DNA of 32,000 bases from Ferroglobus placidus DSM 10642 (GTDB lineage: Archaea > Halobacteriota > Archaeoglobi > Archaeoglobales > Archaeoglobaceae): NCBI RefSeq assembly GCF_000025505.1, contig NC_013849.1, positions 1,050,001 to 1,082,000 on the forward strand, given 5' to 3'. Positions 17,705 to 29,000 of the stretch are shown one piece after another. The number at the start of each line of letters is the position of its first letter. Position 1 is the first letter of the stretch. The position numbers and the translations under genes were made by a program. Under the pieces are notes generated by a model. That model was not told the DNA's origin. It was given only the letters and a program-made list of their open reading frames with translations, and searched no databases.

Positions 17705-18052
17705 CTAAAACTCCTCGTAGGAATCGATGAACTTTCTATACCACTTCTCAAAAACTTCGGGAGTAACTAAGTGAATTTCAACACCTACGAGCTGTCCAAC
17801 AATCCTCTCTACTTCTTCCAGAACTTCTCCATACCTTACCTTATCAGCCTTCTCAGAAACAACAAGGACGTCGAGATCGCTTAAAATCGAGTAATCTCCT
17901 CGGACAACACTTCCAAAAACTATAACTCTGACGTCGTCGTCTTCAAGAACTTCTCTAAACGCTTTTTTAAGCTTTACAGCAAGCTCTCTATAGTTCTCAA
18001 AAATTTTTCTCTTCTTTTCCGCAATTTTCAACGCTATGTCAATCCCCTTCAT
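17705..18052 (-). CDS. Nucleotidyltransferase-domain protein (MNT family)
   Basis: VIVFGSVVRGDYSILSDLDVLVV = GSxxRGxxxxxSDLDVLVV. Confidence 0.85.
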   Translation of the reverse strand: MKGIDIALKIAEKKRKIFENYRELAVKLKKAFREVLEDDDVRVIVFGSVVRGDYSILSDLDVLVVSEKADKVRYGEVLEEVERIVGQLVGVEIHLVTPEVFEKWYRKFIDSYEEF

Positions 18053-18401
18053 AAAGCCTAAAAACCTCCTTAACGAACTTCAAAGCCTCTACAGCTTCTT
18101 CTTTCTCGTAAGTAAATGGTAAGTATCTCGCCCCTATATAAGCTCTTTCAAGTTCCCTCACGATCCTTCTGTTTTTATCGAGAAACTCGGAGATCTTTGG
18201 CTCAACCTCCTTTAACTCCTCTTTCAAGGTCAAAAGGGAGTGAGTTTTGGAGAAGTAGCCGACTTTCTTCGCTAAAATGTACTTGAGAAGGAGACGCAAA
18301 GCCTGCTCAAGGTGGAACATGCAGAGATCGTAAAATTCCTTGTTTATGTCGTCTTCAGCTTCTTTCAGAAACTTTTTAGCTCGATCAAACAGTTCTTCCA
18401 T
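18039..18401 (-). CDS. HEPN-domain protein paired with MNT nucleotidyltransferase
   Basis: LKEAEDDINKEFYDLCMFHLEQALRLLLKYILAKK...YIGARYLPFTYEKEEAVEALKFVKEVF; overlaps the MNT ORF by 14 nt. Confidence 0.8.
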   Translation of the reverse strand: MEELFDRAKKFLKEAEDDINKEFYDLCMFHLEQALRLLLKYILAKKVGYFSKTHSLLTLKEELKEVEPKISEFLDKNRRIVRELERAYIGARYLPFTYEKEEAVEALKFVKEVFRLYEGD

Positions 18402-18552
18402 GAAAGAGATTTCGTAGAGCAGTTAAAAGCTTTTTGAAGGAAGAAATCTTACGGAGTTCGCGAAGGTATTTGGCGATTGCCGAACACAAAGTAAAATAGC
18501 AAGAGTTAAAAAACCATACAAATGACCCTCTACTGTCTTTAGAGGTGATGAA

Positions 18553-19698
18553 ATGAGGCTGCACGAATATCAGGCTAAACAGATTTTTGCTAAATACGGA
18601 ATAAAAATTCCTAAGGGTAAACTTGCTACCACCGTCGAAGAGGTAAGAAAGATTGCCGAAGAACTTGGAGGAAAAGTCGTTCTCAAATCCCAAATCCTCG
18701 TCGGAGGAAGAGGAAAAGCCGGAGGAATAAAGCTGGCTAACAGCGTTGAAGAGGCTGTTGAAATAGCGAAGGATCTTTTTGGAAAAGTTATCAAGGGTCA
18801 CAGAGTTGAGAAAATATACGTGGAGGAGCAGCTAAACATTCAGAGGGAGATGTACGTAGGCTTAACTTTAGATAGAGCTGAGAAGGGTATAGCTCTGATA
18901 GTCAGCAGCGTTGGAGGAATGGACATAGAAGAGATAGCGGCGAAACACCCGGAGAAGATAGCGAGGATAACGATAAACCCCCTCTACGGACTCTGGGACT
19001 TCCAGATAAGGGAAGTGCTTTACAAATCGGGAATGCCCAAGGAGCTTCATAAGGAAATCACCGGAATAATAAAAGCCCTCTACAAGATTCTGATCGACCA
19101 CGAGGCTGAGCTTACCGAAATTAACCCGCTCGTTCTCACGGACAAGGGTCTTTTCGCTGCCGACGCAAGGTTAAACGTTGACGATAACGCCCTCTACAGG
19201 CATCCAGAGCTTAAGGAGCTGAGAGACTACACCGAGGTCGATCAGATCGAGAGGATAGCTGAGGAGAAGGGATTGAACTACGTCAAGCTCGACGGAAACA
19301 TTGGTGTTATAGCAAACGGAGCCGGAATGAGCATGTCAACGATGGATCTGATTTACTTGGAAGGAGGAAAGCCGGCAAACTTCTTAGACATCGGAGGGGG
19401 AGCGAGCAGCGAAGTCGTGAAGGAAGCGATAAAGACAATTCTGATGGATAAAAACGTGAAAGTGATATTCATGAACATCTTCGGAGGTATAACGAGGTGC
19501 GACGAAGTTGCGAAAGGACTTGTTAAAGCTTTTCAAGAAATAGTAATTCCAGTTCCCATCGTTTTGAGATTGGCTGGGACTAACGAGGAAGAGGGAAGGA
19601 GGATAATCGAAGAGTTTCTTGAGAGGGAGAAAAAGAACATAATAGTTGTCGAAACTATGGAAGAGGGTGCGAAAAAAGCTGTTGAATTAGCGAGGTGA
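18553..19698 (+). CDS. sucC: Succinate-CoA ligase (ADP-forming) beta subunit
   Basis: [72 protein letters not shown]. Confidence 0.95.
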   Translation: MRLHEYQAKQIFAKYGIKIPKGKLATTVEEVRKIAEELGGKVVLKSQILVGGRGKAGGIKLANSVEEAVEIAKDLFGKVIKGHRVEKIYVEEQLNIQREMYVGLTLDRAEKGIALIVSSVGGMDIEEIAAKHPEKIARITINPLYGLWDFQIREVLYKSGMPKELHKEITGIIKALYKILIDHEAELTEINPLVLTDKGLFAADARLNVDDNALYRHPELKELRDYTEVDQIERIAEEKGLNYVKLDGNIGVIANGAGMSMSTMDLIYLEGGKPANFLDIGGGASSEVVKEAIKTILMDKNVKVIFMNIFGGITRCDEVAKGLVKAFQEIVIPVPIVLRLAGTNEEEGRRIIEEFLEREKKNIIVVETMEEGAKKAVELAR

Positions 19699-19702
19699 TA
19701 TC

Positions 19703-20581
19703 GTGGCGATAATTATTGATGAGAATACGAAAGCGATCGTTCAAGGAATTACCGGCTCCCAAGGAAGATTTCACACGGAAAGAATGCTTGCCTACGGCAC
19801 GAAAATAGTTGCCGGAGTCACTCCAGGAAAGGGAGGAAGCGAGGTTCTCGGCGTTCCAGTTTTCGATAGGGTTAGCGAGGCTGTTGAGAAAACCGGAGCA
19901 AACGCGAGCGTCATTTTCGTTCCGGCTCCCTTTGCCACAGATGCAATATTCGAAGCCGTCGAGGCTGGAGTTGAGGTAGTCGTTTGCATAACGGAAGGAA
20001 TTCCGGTTTACGACGAGCTTAAAGCTTATAAAAGAGTTAAAGAGGCCGGAGTAATTTTAATCGGTCCGAACTGCCCCGGAGTTATCAGCGTTGGGAAGTC
20101 CCACCTCGGAATTATGCCGACGCAGATTTTCAAGGAGGGTAACGTGGGAATCGTTTCGAGGAGCGGAACGCTCACGTATCAGATAGCCTACAACCTCACA
20201 AGGCTCGGAATAGGGCAGAGCACGGTAGTGGGAATAGGAGGAGACAGAATCGTCGGAATGAGTTTCGTGGAAATTTTGGAGATGTTCGAAGAGGACGATC
20301 AGACTGATCTCGTCGTTTTAATTGGAGAAATCGGAGGGACTGACGAAGAGGAGGCTGCGAAGTTTATAGAAAAGAAAATGAGCAAGCCGGTCGTTGGTTA
20401 CATAGCAGGAATAACTGCTCCGCCAGGAAAAAGAATGGGACATGCCGGAGCGATAATAGAGGGTGGAAGAGGAACTGCTGAGTCGAAGATAAAGGCTTTG
20501 GAAGAGGTAGGAGTTGAAGTCGGCAGAACACCGATGGAAGTTGCTGAGATCGTGAAGAGAAAGCTGGAGGATAAAGTATGA
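19703..20581 (+). CDS. sucD: Succinate-CoA ligase (ADP-forming) alpha subunit
   Basis: [64 protein letters not shown]. Confidence 0.95.
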   Translation: MAIIIDENTKAIVQGITGSQGRFHTERMLAYGTKIVAGVTPGKGGSEVLGVPVFDRVSEAVEKTGANASVIFVPAPFATDAIFEAVEAGVEVVVCITEGIPVYDELKAYKRVKEAGVILIGPNCPGVISVGKSHLGIMPTQIFKEGNVGIVSRSGTLTYQIAYNLTRLGIGQSTVVGIGGDRIVGMSFVEILEMFEEDDQTDLVVLIGEIGGTDEEEAAKFIEKKMSKPVVGYIAGITAPPGKRMGHAGAIIEGGRGTAESKIKALEEVGVEVGRTPMEVAEIVKRKLEDKV

Positions 20582-22281
20582 GAGTTCAGCACGACATAGT
20601 AATTGTTGGAGCGGGACTTGCTGGTTTAAGAGCCGCAATAGCTGCGGCTGAGAAAAATAAAAATTTGAGCATAGCAATAATCTCAAAAACGTATCCCATA
20701 AGATGTCACTCCGTTTGCGCTGAAGGTGGGACTGCGGCAGTTTTAAGGGAAGATGAGGGAGATAGCTTCGACTTGCACGCATGGGATACTGTAAAAGGCT
20801 CCGATTTTTTAGCCGATCAGGATGCGGTGGAATTCTTTGTCAGGGAAATTCCGAGGGAAATTCTCCTCCTTGACAACTGGGGATGTCCTTGGAGCAGGAG
20901 GGAGGACGGAAAAATAGCTCAGAGAGCTTTTGGCGGGCAGAGTTTCAACAGAACAGTCTTTGCTAAAGACAGAACTGGATTGCACGAAGTTCACACCCTT
21001 TACGAAAGAAGCTTGATGTATCCGAACATAGTAAGATACGACGAGTACTTTCTGACAAATCTGATAATAGAAGATAACGAGATTAGAGGTGTAACGGCAA
21101 TAGAGCTCAAAACGGGAGATTTAATTCTCTTCGAGGCTAAAGCGGTTATCCTCGCCACGGGAGGAGCTGGAAGGCTTTACGGCTTCACGACCTACAGCCA
21201 CCAAGTAACCGGAGACGGTATGGCTATAGCATACAGATGCGGAATTCCGCTGAAGGATATGGAATTCTTCCAGTTCCACCCAACCGGATTGGTTCCTTCA
21301 GGCATTCTTATCAGCGAAGCAGCGAGAGGAGAGGGAGGATACCTCAGAAATAAGTTCGGAGAGAGGTTCATGGAAAAGTACGCTCCGGAGAGAATGGAGC
21401 TCGCTCCAAGGGATGTCGTGGCAAGAGCTATGTGGAAGGAGATAATCGAAGGGAGGGGATTCGAGAGCGAGCACGGAGCATACATCGCTTTAGATTTGAC
21501 GCACTTAGGAGAGGAGAAAATAGAGGAGAGGCTTCCTTTAATAAGAGAGGCGGCAAAAAAGTTCGTCGGAATAGATCCGGTGGAAGAGCCCCTTCCAGTT
21601 AGACCGGTCGCTCACTATACGATGGGAGGAATCCACACGAACATGTGGACGGAGACGCCGGTAAAGGGACTTTTCGCTGCCGGAGAAGTTGCATGCGTTA
21701 GCATCCACGGAGCGAACAGACTCGGAAGCAACTCCACAGCGGAGTGCTTGGTTTTCGGAAGGGTGGCTGGGGAGAAAGCAGCTGAATACGCGATGAGGAA
21801 AGATTTGAAGCACGTAAGCAACGAAATATACAAGGAGGAGGAGAAGAGAATTTACGACGAGTTTTTAGGAAAAAGCGGAGACGAAAGTCCTTACCAAATA
21901 AAGAAGGAGCTAAACGAAGTTATGGACAAATGCTTCTGGATATTCAGAACCGGAGAAGAGATGAAGGAGGGAATTAAAAAGATAAGAGAGCTTAAGGAGA
22001 GGTACAAGAACGTTGAGATAGTCGACAAGAAAAGAAGATTTAACACCGATCTTATTTACGCTTTCGAAGTAGGGTTCATGCTCGATTTAGCTGAAGTCGT
22101 AGCAGTGTGTGCCTACGCGAGAACCGAAAGTAGAGGAGCTCACTACCGCTTGGATTACCCGAATAGAGACGATGAGAACTGGTTAAAGCACAGCTTAGCA
22201 TATTACACACCTCAGGGACCGAAGCTTGAGTACATTCCCGTGAAGATAACGAAGTGGAAGCCAGTAGAGAGGAAGTACTGA
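20578..22281 (+). CDS. sdhA: Succinate dehydrogenase/fumarate reductase flavoprotein subunit
   Basis: [91 protein letters not shown]. Confidence 0.95.
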   Translation: MRVQHDIVIVGAGLAGLRAAIAAAEKNKNLSIAIISKTYPIRCHSVCAEGGTAAVLREDEGDSFDLHAWDTVKGSDFLADQDAVEFFVREIPREILLLDNWGCPWSRREDGKIAQRAFGGQSFNRTVFAKDRTGLHEVHTLYERSLMYPNIVRYDEYFLTNLIIEDNEIRGVTAIELKTGDLILFEAKAVILATGGAGRLYGFTTYSHQVTGDGMAIAYRCGIPLKDMEFFQFHPTGLVPSGILISEAARGEGGYLRNKFGERFMEKYAPERMELAPRDVVARAMWKEIIEGRGFESEHGAYIALDLTHLGEEKIEERLPLIREAAKKFVGIDPVEEPLPVRPVAHYTMGGIHTNMWTETPVKGLFAAGEVACVSIHGANRLGSNSTAECLVFGRVAGEKAAEYAMRKDLKHVSNEIYKEEEKRIYDEFLGKSGDESPYQIKKELNEVMDKCFWIFRTGEEMKEGIKKIRELKERYKNVEIVDKKRRFNTDLIYAFEVGFMLDLAEVVAVCAYARTESRGAHYRLDYPNRDDENWLKHSLAYYTPQGPKLEYIPVKITKWKPVERKY

Positions 22282-22290
22282 GGTGGTGGT

Positions 22291-23001
22291 ATGCTTTTTA
22301 GAATAAAAAGATTCGACGGAGAGAAGGAGTACTGGAGCGAGTACGAAGTGGAAGTAAGGAAAGGTATGACCGTTCTCGACGCTCTTTTCTACATAAGGGA
22401 AAATCTCGACGGAAGCTTAGCTTTCAGAGTTTCTTGCAGGATGGGTGTTTGCGGGAGCTGCGCTATGAAGATTAACCACAAGCCGAGGTTGGCTTGCGAA
22501 ACCCAAATAGCTGATTTAAAATCTGACGTTATCGTTATCGAACCCCTCGACAATTACAAGGTTATAAAAGACCTCATCGTCGATTTCGACGGCTTCTTTA
22601 AGAAGCACGCTAAGGTTAAGCCTTATCTGATAAGAAAAGTTGAGAATTACGAAAAGCCAGTTGAGTTAATCCAAACCCCCAAACAGCTGGACAGCTACTA
22701 TCAATTCGCCCTCTGCATAAAGTGCGGTGCTTGCTACTCAGTCTGCCCGGCTTCAGCTACGAGAAAAGACTACCTCGGTCCGGCAGCTTTCGCTTCGGCG
22801 TACCGCTTTATAAAGGACAGCAGAGATGAAGGAAAAGAAGAGAGGATTCCCGAGGTTGCTTGCGATGGTGGAGTGTGGAGGTGTCATTTTGCCGCTGAGT
22901 GCAGCGAAGTTTGTCCGAAAAACGTTGATCCGGCTAAAGCCGTGCAAAAGTTAAGGTGGGAAGCGGTTAAGCACAGCATTAGGAGTTTGCTGAGGTGGTA
23001 G
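22291..23001 (+). CDS. sdhB: Succinate dehydrogenase/fumarate reductase iron-sulfur subunit
   Basis: SCRMGVCGSCAMKIN, CIKCGACYSVCPAS, CHFAAECSEVCPKNVDPAKA. Confidence 0.95.
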   Translation: MLFRIKRFDGEKEYWSEYEVEVRKGMTVLDALFYIRENLDGSLAFRVSCRMGVCGSCAMKINHKPRLACETQIADLKSDVIVIEPLDNYKVIKDLIVDFDGFFKKHAKVKPYLIRKVENYEKPVELIQTPKQLDSYYQFALCIKCGACYSVCPASATRKDYLGPAAFASAYRFIKDSRDEGKEERIPEVACDGGVWRCHFAAECSEVCPKNVDPAKAVQKLRWEAVKHSIRSLLRW

Positions 23002-23002
23002 A

Positions 23003-23371
23003 ATGATTCTGGACTGGTTTAAGGTTAAAGGTAGAAGTTTGAGCGGAGTATCATTCTCTTTACACAGAATAACGGGAATGGTCCTTCTAATTTACCTCGT
23101 TCTTCACCTAACGTTTCTCACCTCGTTAAGATACGGGAAAGACGTTTACGAGTCGCTTATAGAAAAGACGGTACAACCAGCCACGCTACCATTGGACATG
23201 CTCTTAGTTCTCGCCACGTTTTACCATGCTTTTAACGGAATGAGAGTAATTCTGCACGAGTTCGGGTTAGCTGTTGAGCTTAGGAAAGCTCTGATTTACG
23301 TAACCTACGCACTGACGATCATATTCTGGATTTACGCAAGTTACGTGATGTACAAATTCGTTGTGGGGTGA
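23003..23371 (+). CDS. sdhC: Succinate dehydrogenase cytochrome b membrane anchor
   Basis: GVSFSLHRITGMVLLIYLVLHL and TFYHAFNGMRVILHEFG. Confidence 0.85.
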   Translation: MILDWFKVKGRSLSGVSFSLHRITGMVLLIYLVLHLTFLTSLRYGKDVYESLIEKTVQPATLPLDMLLVLATFYHAFNGMRVILHEFGLAVELRKALIYVTYALTIIFWIYASYVMYKFVVG

Positions 23372-23723
23372 TAGAGTGGAGGCAAGAACGAAAAACGTTC
23401 TCGAGCCATTAGCATTTCTCTTCCAGCTAATAACAGGAATTTTACTTTTCGTCTTCGTCATCTACCACCTCTACGTGACGCACTTAGCAGAGCATGACGC
23501 TTTGAGTTACGAAAAGGTAGTTGAAAGACTTGCAAATCCAAGCTTTAAAGTCGCCTACTTCGTCTTCCTCGCTGTTGTAAGCTTTCATGCATTCAACGGC
23601 TTGAGAGCCATAATTCTCGACACAGACTTTGGAGCGAGAAACAAGAGAGCAGTGGACGTTCTATGCTTCGCTCTTTTCGTTATTGCCACAGCCTACGGCT
23701 CGTTGCTTTTGATATCTTTTTAG
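23361..23723 (+). CDS. sdhD: Succinate dehydrogenase second membrane anchor
   Basis: Hydrophobic anchor with HLYVTHL and SFHAFNGLRAIILDTDF, directly following sdhC. Confidence 0.8.
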   Translation: MWGDRVEARTKNVLEPLAFLFQLITGILLFVFVIYHLYVTHLAEHDALSYEKVVERLANPSFKVAYFVFLAVVSFHAFNGLRAIILDTDFGARNKRAVDVLCFALFVIATAYGSLLLISF

Positions 23724-23761
23724 CGATCACTTTAAATTCCCACTCTTAACACCGTTATTTA

Positions 23762-24583
23762 ATGAAGTATTCAACTCACTGCACTTGCTGCGAGGGAATC
23801 GATGAGAGGATAGCCAATCCCAAACACCATCCGACCTACGAGATAACTTGGAAGTGCAACCTAAACTGCGTTTACTGCTATTCGAGAATAGCGGTCGAGA
23901 GAAAGAAAGCCCCCCTCCCGGGGTATTACGGAGAGACCGAGAACGTGAAGGGGATAACGATCTCTCAGTACGGTGAGCCGCTCGTCGCCGGAGTTAATGA
24001 AGTCGTGAGAATAGCCAAGGAACTTAAAGACATGTTCGACGCGAGACTCGACTTGCAAACAAACGGAACTCTTATAAAAGAGAAGGAGGTTAGAGAACTC
24101 GAGAAAGTCTTCGATTTGGTGATGATAAGCTTGGACGTTTTTGATAGAGAGAAGTACGTGAAAATAACCGGAAAAGATCACTTCAACGACGTTGTTAACG
24201 CGATAAAGCTTTGCAAAGATTCGAGCATGAAGACGATAGTTAGAAGCATACACATGCCCGGGATAAACGACGAAGACCTCATCAAACTCGCAGAATTCGT
24301 TTCCAAGCACGATTTGGAGCTTTTCGTTCAGCCATTATCTGTTTACGAAGAAGAACCACTTTTAGAGCTCGGTCTGGACATGGAGAGAGTTGAGAGCATT
24401 TACGATTTTATTAAGACAGTCGAGAAGCTTGAGGAAGTGGCGGATGTCAGAATTCCCGGCTGCTTTATATCGAACTTCAAGAGAATTTCGAAAGTTTTTG
24501 GAGAAGAGTTCGTAAAAAACATCAGGAGAAACGCTAAAGGAAGGTCTCCGGAAATGAAGAGGGAGAGGAAGTTCGTTCTTTAA
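23762..24583 (+). CDS. Radical SAM protein
   Basis: YEITWKCNLNCVYCYSR (CxxxCxxC), GEP, LDLQTNGTLI; additional N-terminal HCTCCEG cysteines. Confidence 0.85.
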   Translation: MKYSTHCTCCEGIDERIANPKHHPTYEITWKCNLNCVYCYSRIAVERKKAPLPGYYGETENVKGITISQYGEPLVAGVNEVVRIAKELKDMFDARLDLQTNGTLIKEKEVRELEKVFDLVMISLDVFDREKYVKITGKDHFNDVVNAIKLCKDSSMKTIVRSIHMPGINDEDLIKLAEFVSKHDLELFVQPLSVYEEEPLLELGLDMERVESIYDFIKTVEKLEEVADVRIPGCFISNFKRISKVFGEEFVKNIRRNAKGRSPEMKRERKFVL

Positions 24584-24708
24584 ATGGCGGAGTGTTCCAA
24601 CCTTAAAATACTAATCGAGAATTTTCAGCTCCTATCAGTTGGTATTGCTGTGAGAGTGCATTTCAAGTGATTTGAAGTTTCCAAGTTGAGTGAGGAGATA
24701 TGTGAAAA

Positions 24709-25152
24709 CTAAATCACCGTAGGAGTTAAGCTCAAAGTTAAAACGATCGCTCCGGCAATCAAAATTCCGAGGTAAATAAAGATTACAGCTTTAAAAGGGT
24801 TCATCTTAAGCAGAAAGGCTATCAGAGTTCCCGTCCACGCGCCAGTTACTGGCAGAGGAATGGAGACGAAGAACGTAAGTCCGAGGTAGCCGTACTTTTC
24901 GACGACGCCCTTCCTTTTCTCAGCTAAGCTAACGCATTTTACGTAAATCTTTCCAACAATAGGCATTACTTCGATCAGCTTTTCTATCCTGTTCAGAACA
25001 AAAAGAATTATTGGAACGGGAACCATGTTTCCAAAAACGGCAAGGAGATAAGCTTCAAGAGGAGGATAGCCGAAGTACAAAGCGAGAGGAATTCCACCTC
25101 TCAGCTCTGAGATTGGGGATGCAGAAGTTAGAATTACGAGGAGTTCCTTCAA
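24709..25152 (-). CDS. Small multidrug export-like membrane protein
   Basis: ISELRGGIPLALYFGYPP...YGYLGLTFFVSIPLPVTGAWTGTLIAFLL typical of the Sm_multidrug_ex family. Confidence 0.65.
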   Translation of the reverse strand: MKELLVILTSASPISELRGGIPLALYFGYPPLEAYLLAVFGNMVPVPIILFVLNRIEKLIEVMPIVGKIYVKCVSLAEKRKGVVEKYGYLGLTFFVSIPLPVTGAWTGTLIAFLLKMNPFKAVIFIYLGILIAGAIVLTLSLTPTVI

Positions 25153-26027
25153 CCTCTCACCTTTTCAATCGCCTTTACTGCCCTCCATAAAAAACTGTTG
25201 TAACACACGTCGAGCCCTCTCTTCTCACCTTCTTTGACTATAACTCCGTTTATGAAGTCTATTTCCGTCTTCCTCCCCTTCATAACGTCTTGAAGCATGG
25301 AAGAGATGTTTTCCGCCGTTTTCTCAGCCACGATTTTAACAGCTTCCACGGCGTTAATCTCGTAGCCAACTTCTCTTGCCACTTCTTCGGACTCCTTAGC
25401 AGTCTTCTTAGCGATCTCCCAGAGAAATTCGTTTCTCAAAATCTCCCCGTTTTTCACTCTAAATATGGCTGTTATCGGATTTATCACGGAATTCACCACC
25501 GCCTTCTCCCAGATCTTCTCTTTTATGTCCTCAACGACCTCAACGTTTATTCCCGAGTCTTTCAAAACTCTTTCAACCTTCTCAATTCCCTTCCCTTTGA
25601 ATTCTCCGATGTAAGTCACTCCTTCTCCGGCGAAAACGACAACTCCAAAGTCCTTTAAGTTTGCTCCGTAAGTAGTTACCCCTCCAACCACGTTATCCAA
25701 ATGCTCAGCCAGAATCTCCTCGTTTCCTATTCCATTTTGCAAGCTGCAAACGACTCCCGGATCTACTTTAGCCAGCGACTTTGCAGCTTCCTCAGTATCG
25801 TAGGCTTTCACGGTTACGAAAGTAACGTCCGCATCCACGGCTTTATCGCTCACATCTACTTTCAACTCCATTTTTCTCAACCCTTCGACCCTCAGAGATT
25901 TTTTTAAAGCTTCGAGCTGCTTTCCCCTCGCGACGAAGTGAACTTCGAAGCCGGCATGCTGAATTAAAGCTCCGAATAGAGATCCCAAAGCACCCGCCCC
26001 GAAAATCTGCACCTTAAAAGAACTCAC
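25149..26027 (-). CDS. panE: 2-dehydropantoate 2-reductase (ketopantoate reductase) family
   Basis: VQIFGAGALGSLFGALIQHAGFEVHFVARG, CSLQNGIGNEE, WEKAVVNSVINPITAIF. Confidence 0.8.
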   Translation of the reverse strand: MSSFKVQIFGAGALGSLFGALIQHAGFEVHFVARGKQLEALKKSLRVEGLRKMELKVDVSDKAVDADVTFVTVKAYDTEEAAKSLAKVDPGVVCSLQNGIGNEEILAEHLDNVVGGVTTYGANLKDFGVVVFAGEGVTYIGEFKGKGIEKVERVLKDSGINVEVVEDIKEKIWEKAVVNSVINPITAIFRVKNGEILRNEFLWEIAKKTAKESEEVAREVGYEINAVEAVKIVAEKTAENISSMLQDVMKGRKTEIDFINGVIVKEGEKRGLDVCYNSFLWRAVKAIEKVRG

Positions 26028-29000
26028 TTATCTTCACCTGCCTCTCAAGTTCGCTTTCGAAGAGGGACCTTATTTCCACTTCAATCAGCTTCAGCCTCTG
26101 CCTCGTGTAATCGCTCACAGCATATTTTTCAGCGAGATCCTTGCTAACGTTCAAATACTTTACAATACCTCCCTCGTGAACCGTCAACACTATTTTTCCT
26201 CCGCACTTACACTTACCGCTGAGGGGAACCCTTCTGAACTTCTGATTGCAGTCTATGCATCTGAACTCCTGCCTCGAGAAGGCTCTGAGGTTTCCTATTA
26301 TGTCCGGGAGGAAGTGGGATGTTATGACTCTCTCAGCCACGTCGTTCTCGTCAACAGCAGCTATTTTCTCAGCCAGCCCCATCTGAGCTTTAACTTTACT
26401 CTCCATAGATTCGAGGCTCTTGTAGGAGCTTTCCTTAACTCCTAAAGCGATATCTTCCGTGTCGTGGGTGAACTTCAGTCCATAATACTTGCTTTCGTCT
26501 TTCAACCTATCCTCAACCCTTTCAATGAGGTCCGCTACATCCTTAGGAGAGGCAAACCTTAAAGTAGCTTCGTAGAATTCGAGGGGGTACCTTTCGACTA
26601 TGTCCATGTTGTGCACTTCTCCATCCACTTCTTTCGGATCGAGGATTGTCGTTAGAACGAGAGGAGCGTCCATCTGTCCTCCTCTCTTCTCGGGCAAGAA
26701 CTCCCTCGAGAAGTTCAGCAATCCGTCCAAGAGGAGCATTACGCAGTCCTCATCCCCGTCGCAGTTTCTCCTCTTGGCGGCGTGGAAGTAAGGATGAGCG
26801 TATCCGGCGTTGACGTCTGCTATACCTATAACCCTTCCGAGAACGCCGGAAGAAGTGTGAGGAGCTAACCCTATAACGAGGTGTCCAATCAAATCTTCCT
26901 CCTTTTCAACGTTATAAAAAGGATCCAATCCGTAAAATCTGACGAGTAGATCGTCTATGAACTTCGCAACTTTCACAAGGTATTTAGCAGCCTTCTTCGA
27001 AAGAATTATGTCCTGAGGTTTCAGCTCCACGATCTGGTCTTCCCTCTTCAGCTCATTCCCTTTGTAATCGTACTTGTATCCGAGCTCTCTGAGCTTCTCA
27101 ACGCTAACCCCTATTTCCTTCGGCTTGAAGTGCGTTATCGGCAAATCAGTCATGTCGTATCTGATAGTTCCATCTTTAAACACGCTAACTCCGTGGAAAG
27201 CTCTCAGAATTCCCTTTTCAAGTCTTTCCGCAAATTTGTTCTTGGATGTTAAGCCTATAACACCTTTAACAACCCCCTCAGCATTGAGTTTCAAATTGTT
27301 CTTGGCATTCTCGTAAAGCTCCTTTATGTTTATCCTCCAGGTTTTGTATCCTTTCGTCTCGATTCTACAGCTCTTGCAAACTTCCGACTTCGTTTTACTT
27401 CCGCATCTCGGGCATTGGTAGATTTGCTCCGTCAAACCTCCGCACTCACATCTTAACCAGAAAGTTTCTCTTCCGCACTCCTTGCAAATTCTCAGAGAAA
27501 GCTCGACTTCTATAACTCCCTTCTCTCCGTTTCCTTTGTACTCCATAGCCGTCTTAATGTCTCTCTGCTTCCCCCCAGCCAAGCCAACCGGAAATAGAAC
27601 GTGCGGTGGAGGTCTCATTTCCCTCTCTTTCGATTTCTCCGGACGCCCCATTCTCGCCCCTATTCTCGTAGGAGCTTTCGCCCTCACATCCAAACCGGAA
27701 ACTTTCCTTACGAACTCTAAACCGTCCTTCGCTTTTTCACAGCTCTTAACAACTTTCAGGTTCTCGTCCAAGCCTAAACATCTAACAAAAACCTTCCACT
27801 GCTCTATAACGATTCTTCCATTTCTAACCTTGTGGGGAAGCAGAATTTTCTCGAGAATTTCTTTTCCTTTTTCATCAATTTCCAGCGTTAAGCAGCTCTT
27901 CCCGTACTTCCCTTCCACCTTCCCCTTGCTAACCCACTCCTGCAAGTACTTGGCTTCTTCGAAGCTTATATCGTGCCAGAGGTAAGTGTAGTCAGGATGA
28001 AGCGGAACTCCGTACTCGTCGCACAGCTTCAAAGCCTCATCTTCGCTTATCTTCCTGTAATCTTTTTTCGGCAGAACTTTTTCAACTTCCTGAATCCACC
28101 ACTCGTAAACGTAAGATGAAGGAACGAGGGGGTGGTTGTTCTCAAGAAAATCTCCGAAGTTTATCAGAATCTCTCCGAGATCGAGTATTTTCTCCACCTG
28201 ATCCTTTATCGCCAAAGCCTCCTCGTAGCTATCAACTCTGAGAACGTCTCCGTTCTTTAATCTTACAGTCGGTCCTTCGATGCTCGTCACCGGCACGGCA
28301 CTCCCAGCTTTCCCCGGACGTTCTACTTTCAGCTGAGTTCCTATAGCTATGAATCCGTCCGTTAAAACCATCGTAGCCGGGTTTATGCCCACTGTAGCAA
28401 ATCCAGAGTTTCTCGCTCTTCCGTAGCGAAGTCTGAAACCACCTTTTCTCGAAGGGTGAGAAAAGACCGGTCGTCCGGCAACTATGTCCGAGAGATACTT
28501 ATCGTTGGGCTTTACGACTGCTTCCTCCTCATCTTCCCCTCCTTTGTTTATAAGCTCGTCCAGCCATTCCCAGCCGTCTATTCCTATGCTTTCCACTATC
28601 TTTTTCAGCTTTGGAGCTTTTAGCGCAATTCCCTCAGCTATAACTAAAGCCATTCCTCCCCTAACTCTGTTGGTCTCCACCCTCGGCAAGTTTCTGTATC
28701 CGCTAACTTCCACGTCCTCGGTAGGCTCGCCGTCTATGCAGACGGGACAGTTGGAAACTATCAGCCTGATTTCCTTGTCGCTCGGCAAGTACTGCAGATT
28801 TGCAACTTTCTTGTAGAGGGGAATTTCCTCGCAGTACCTCAAAATCTCCTCTTCAGTTGGTTTGTACCTATCCAATCCAAGTAATCTTCTCGCGTAATCG
28901 CCTACCAAAACAGAGATGACTTGGGCTGTTCCTCCAGCACTCCTTATCGGTCCGGCGTAGTATATCTTCAAGAATTCTGTTCCGTCGAAGTTTTTATCTA

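Noticed and set aside
20318-20782. 154-aa and other ORFs antisense to sucD/sdhA
   Set aside because: Overlap highly conserved coding sequence; no family resemblance.
24584-24708. Possible RNA gene between the radical SAM gene and the export protein
   Set aside because: No tRNA-like arms or clear C/D box (RUGAUGA/CUGA) arrangement found by eye.
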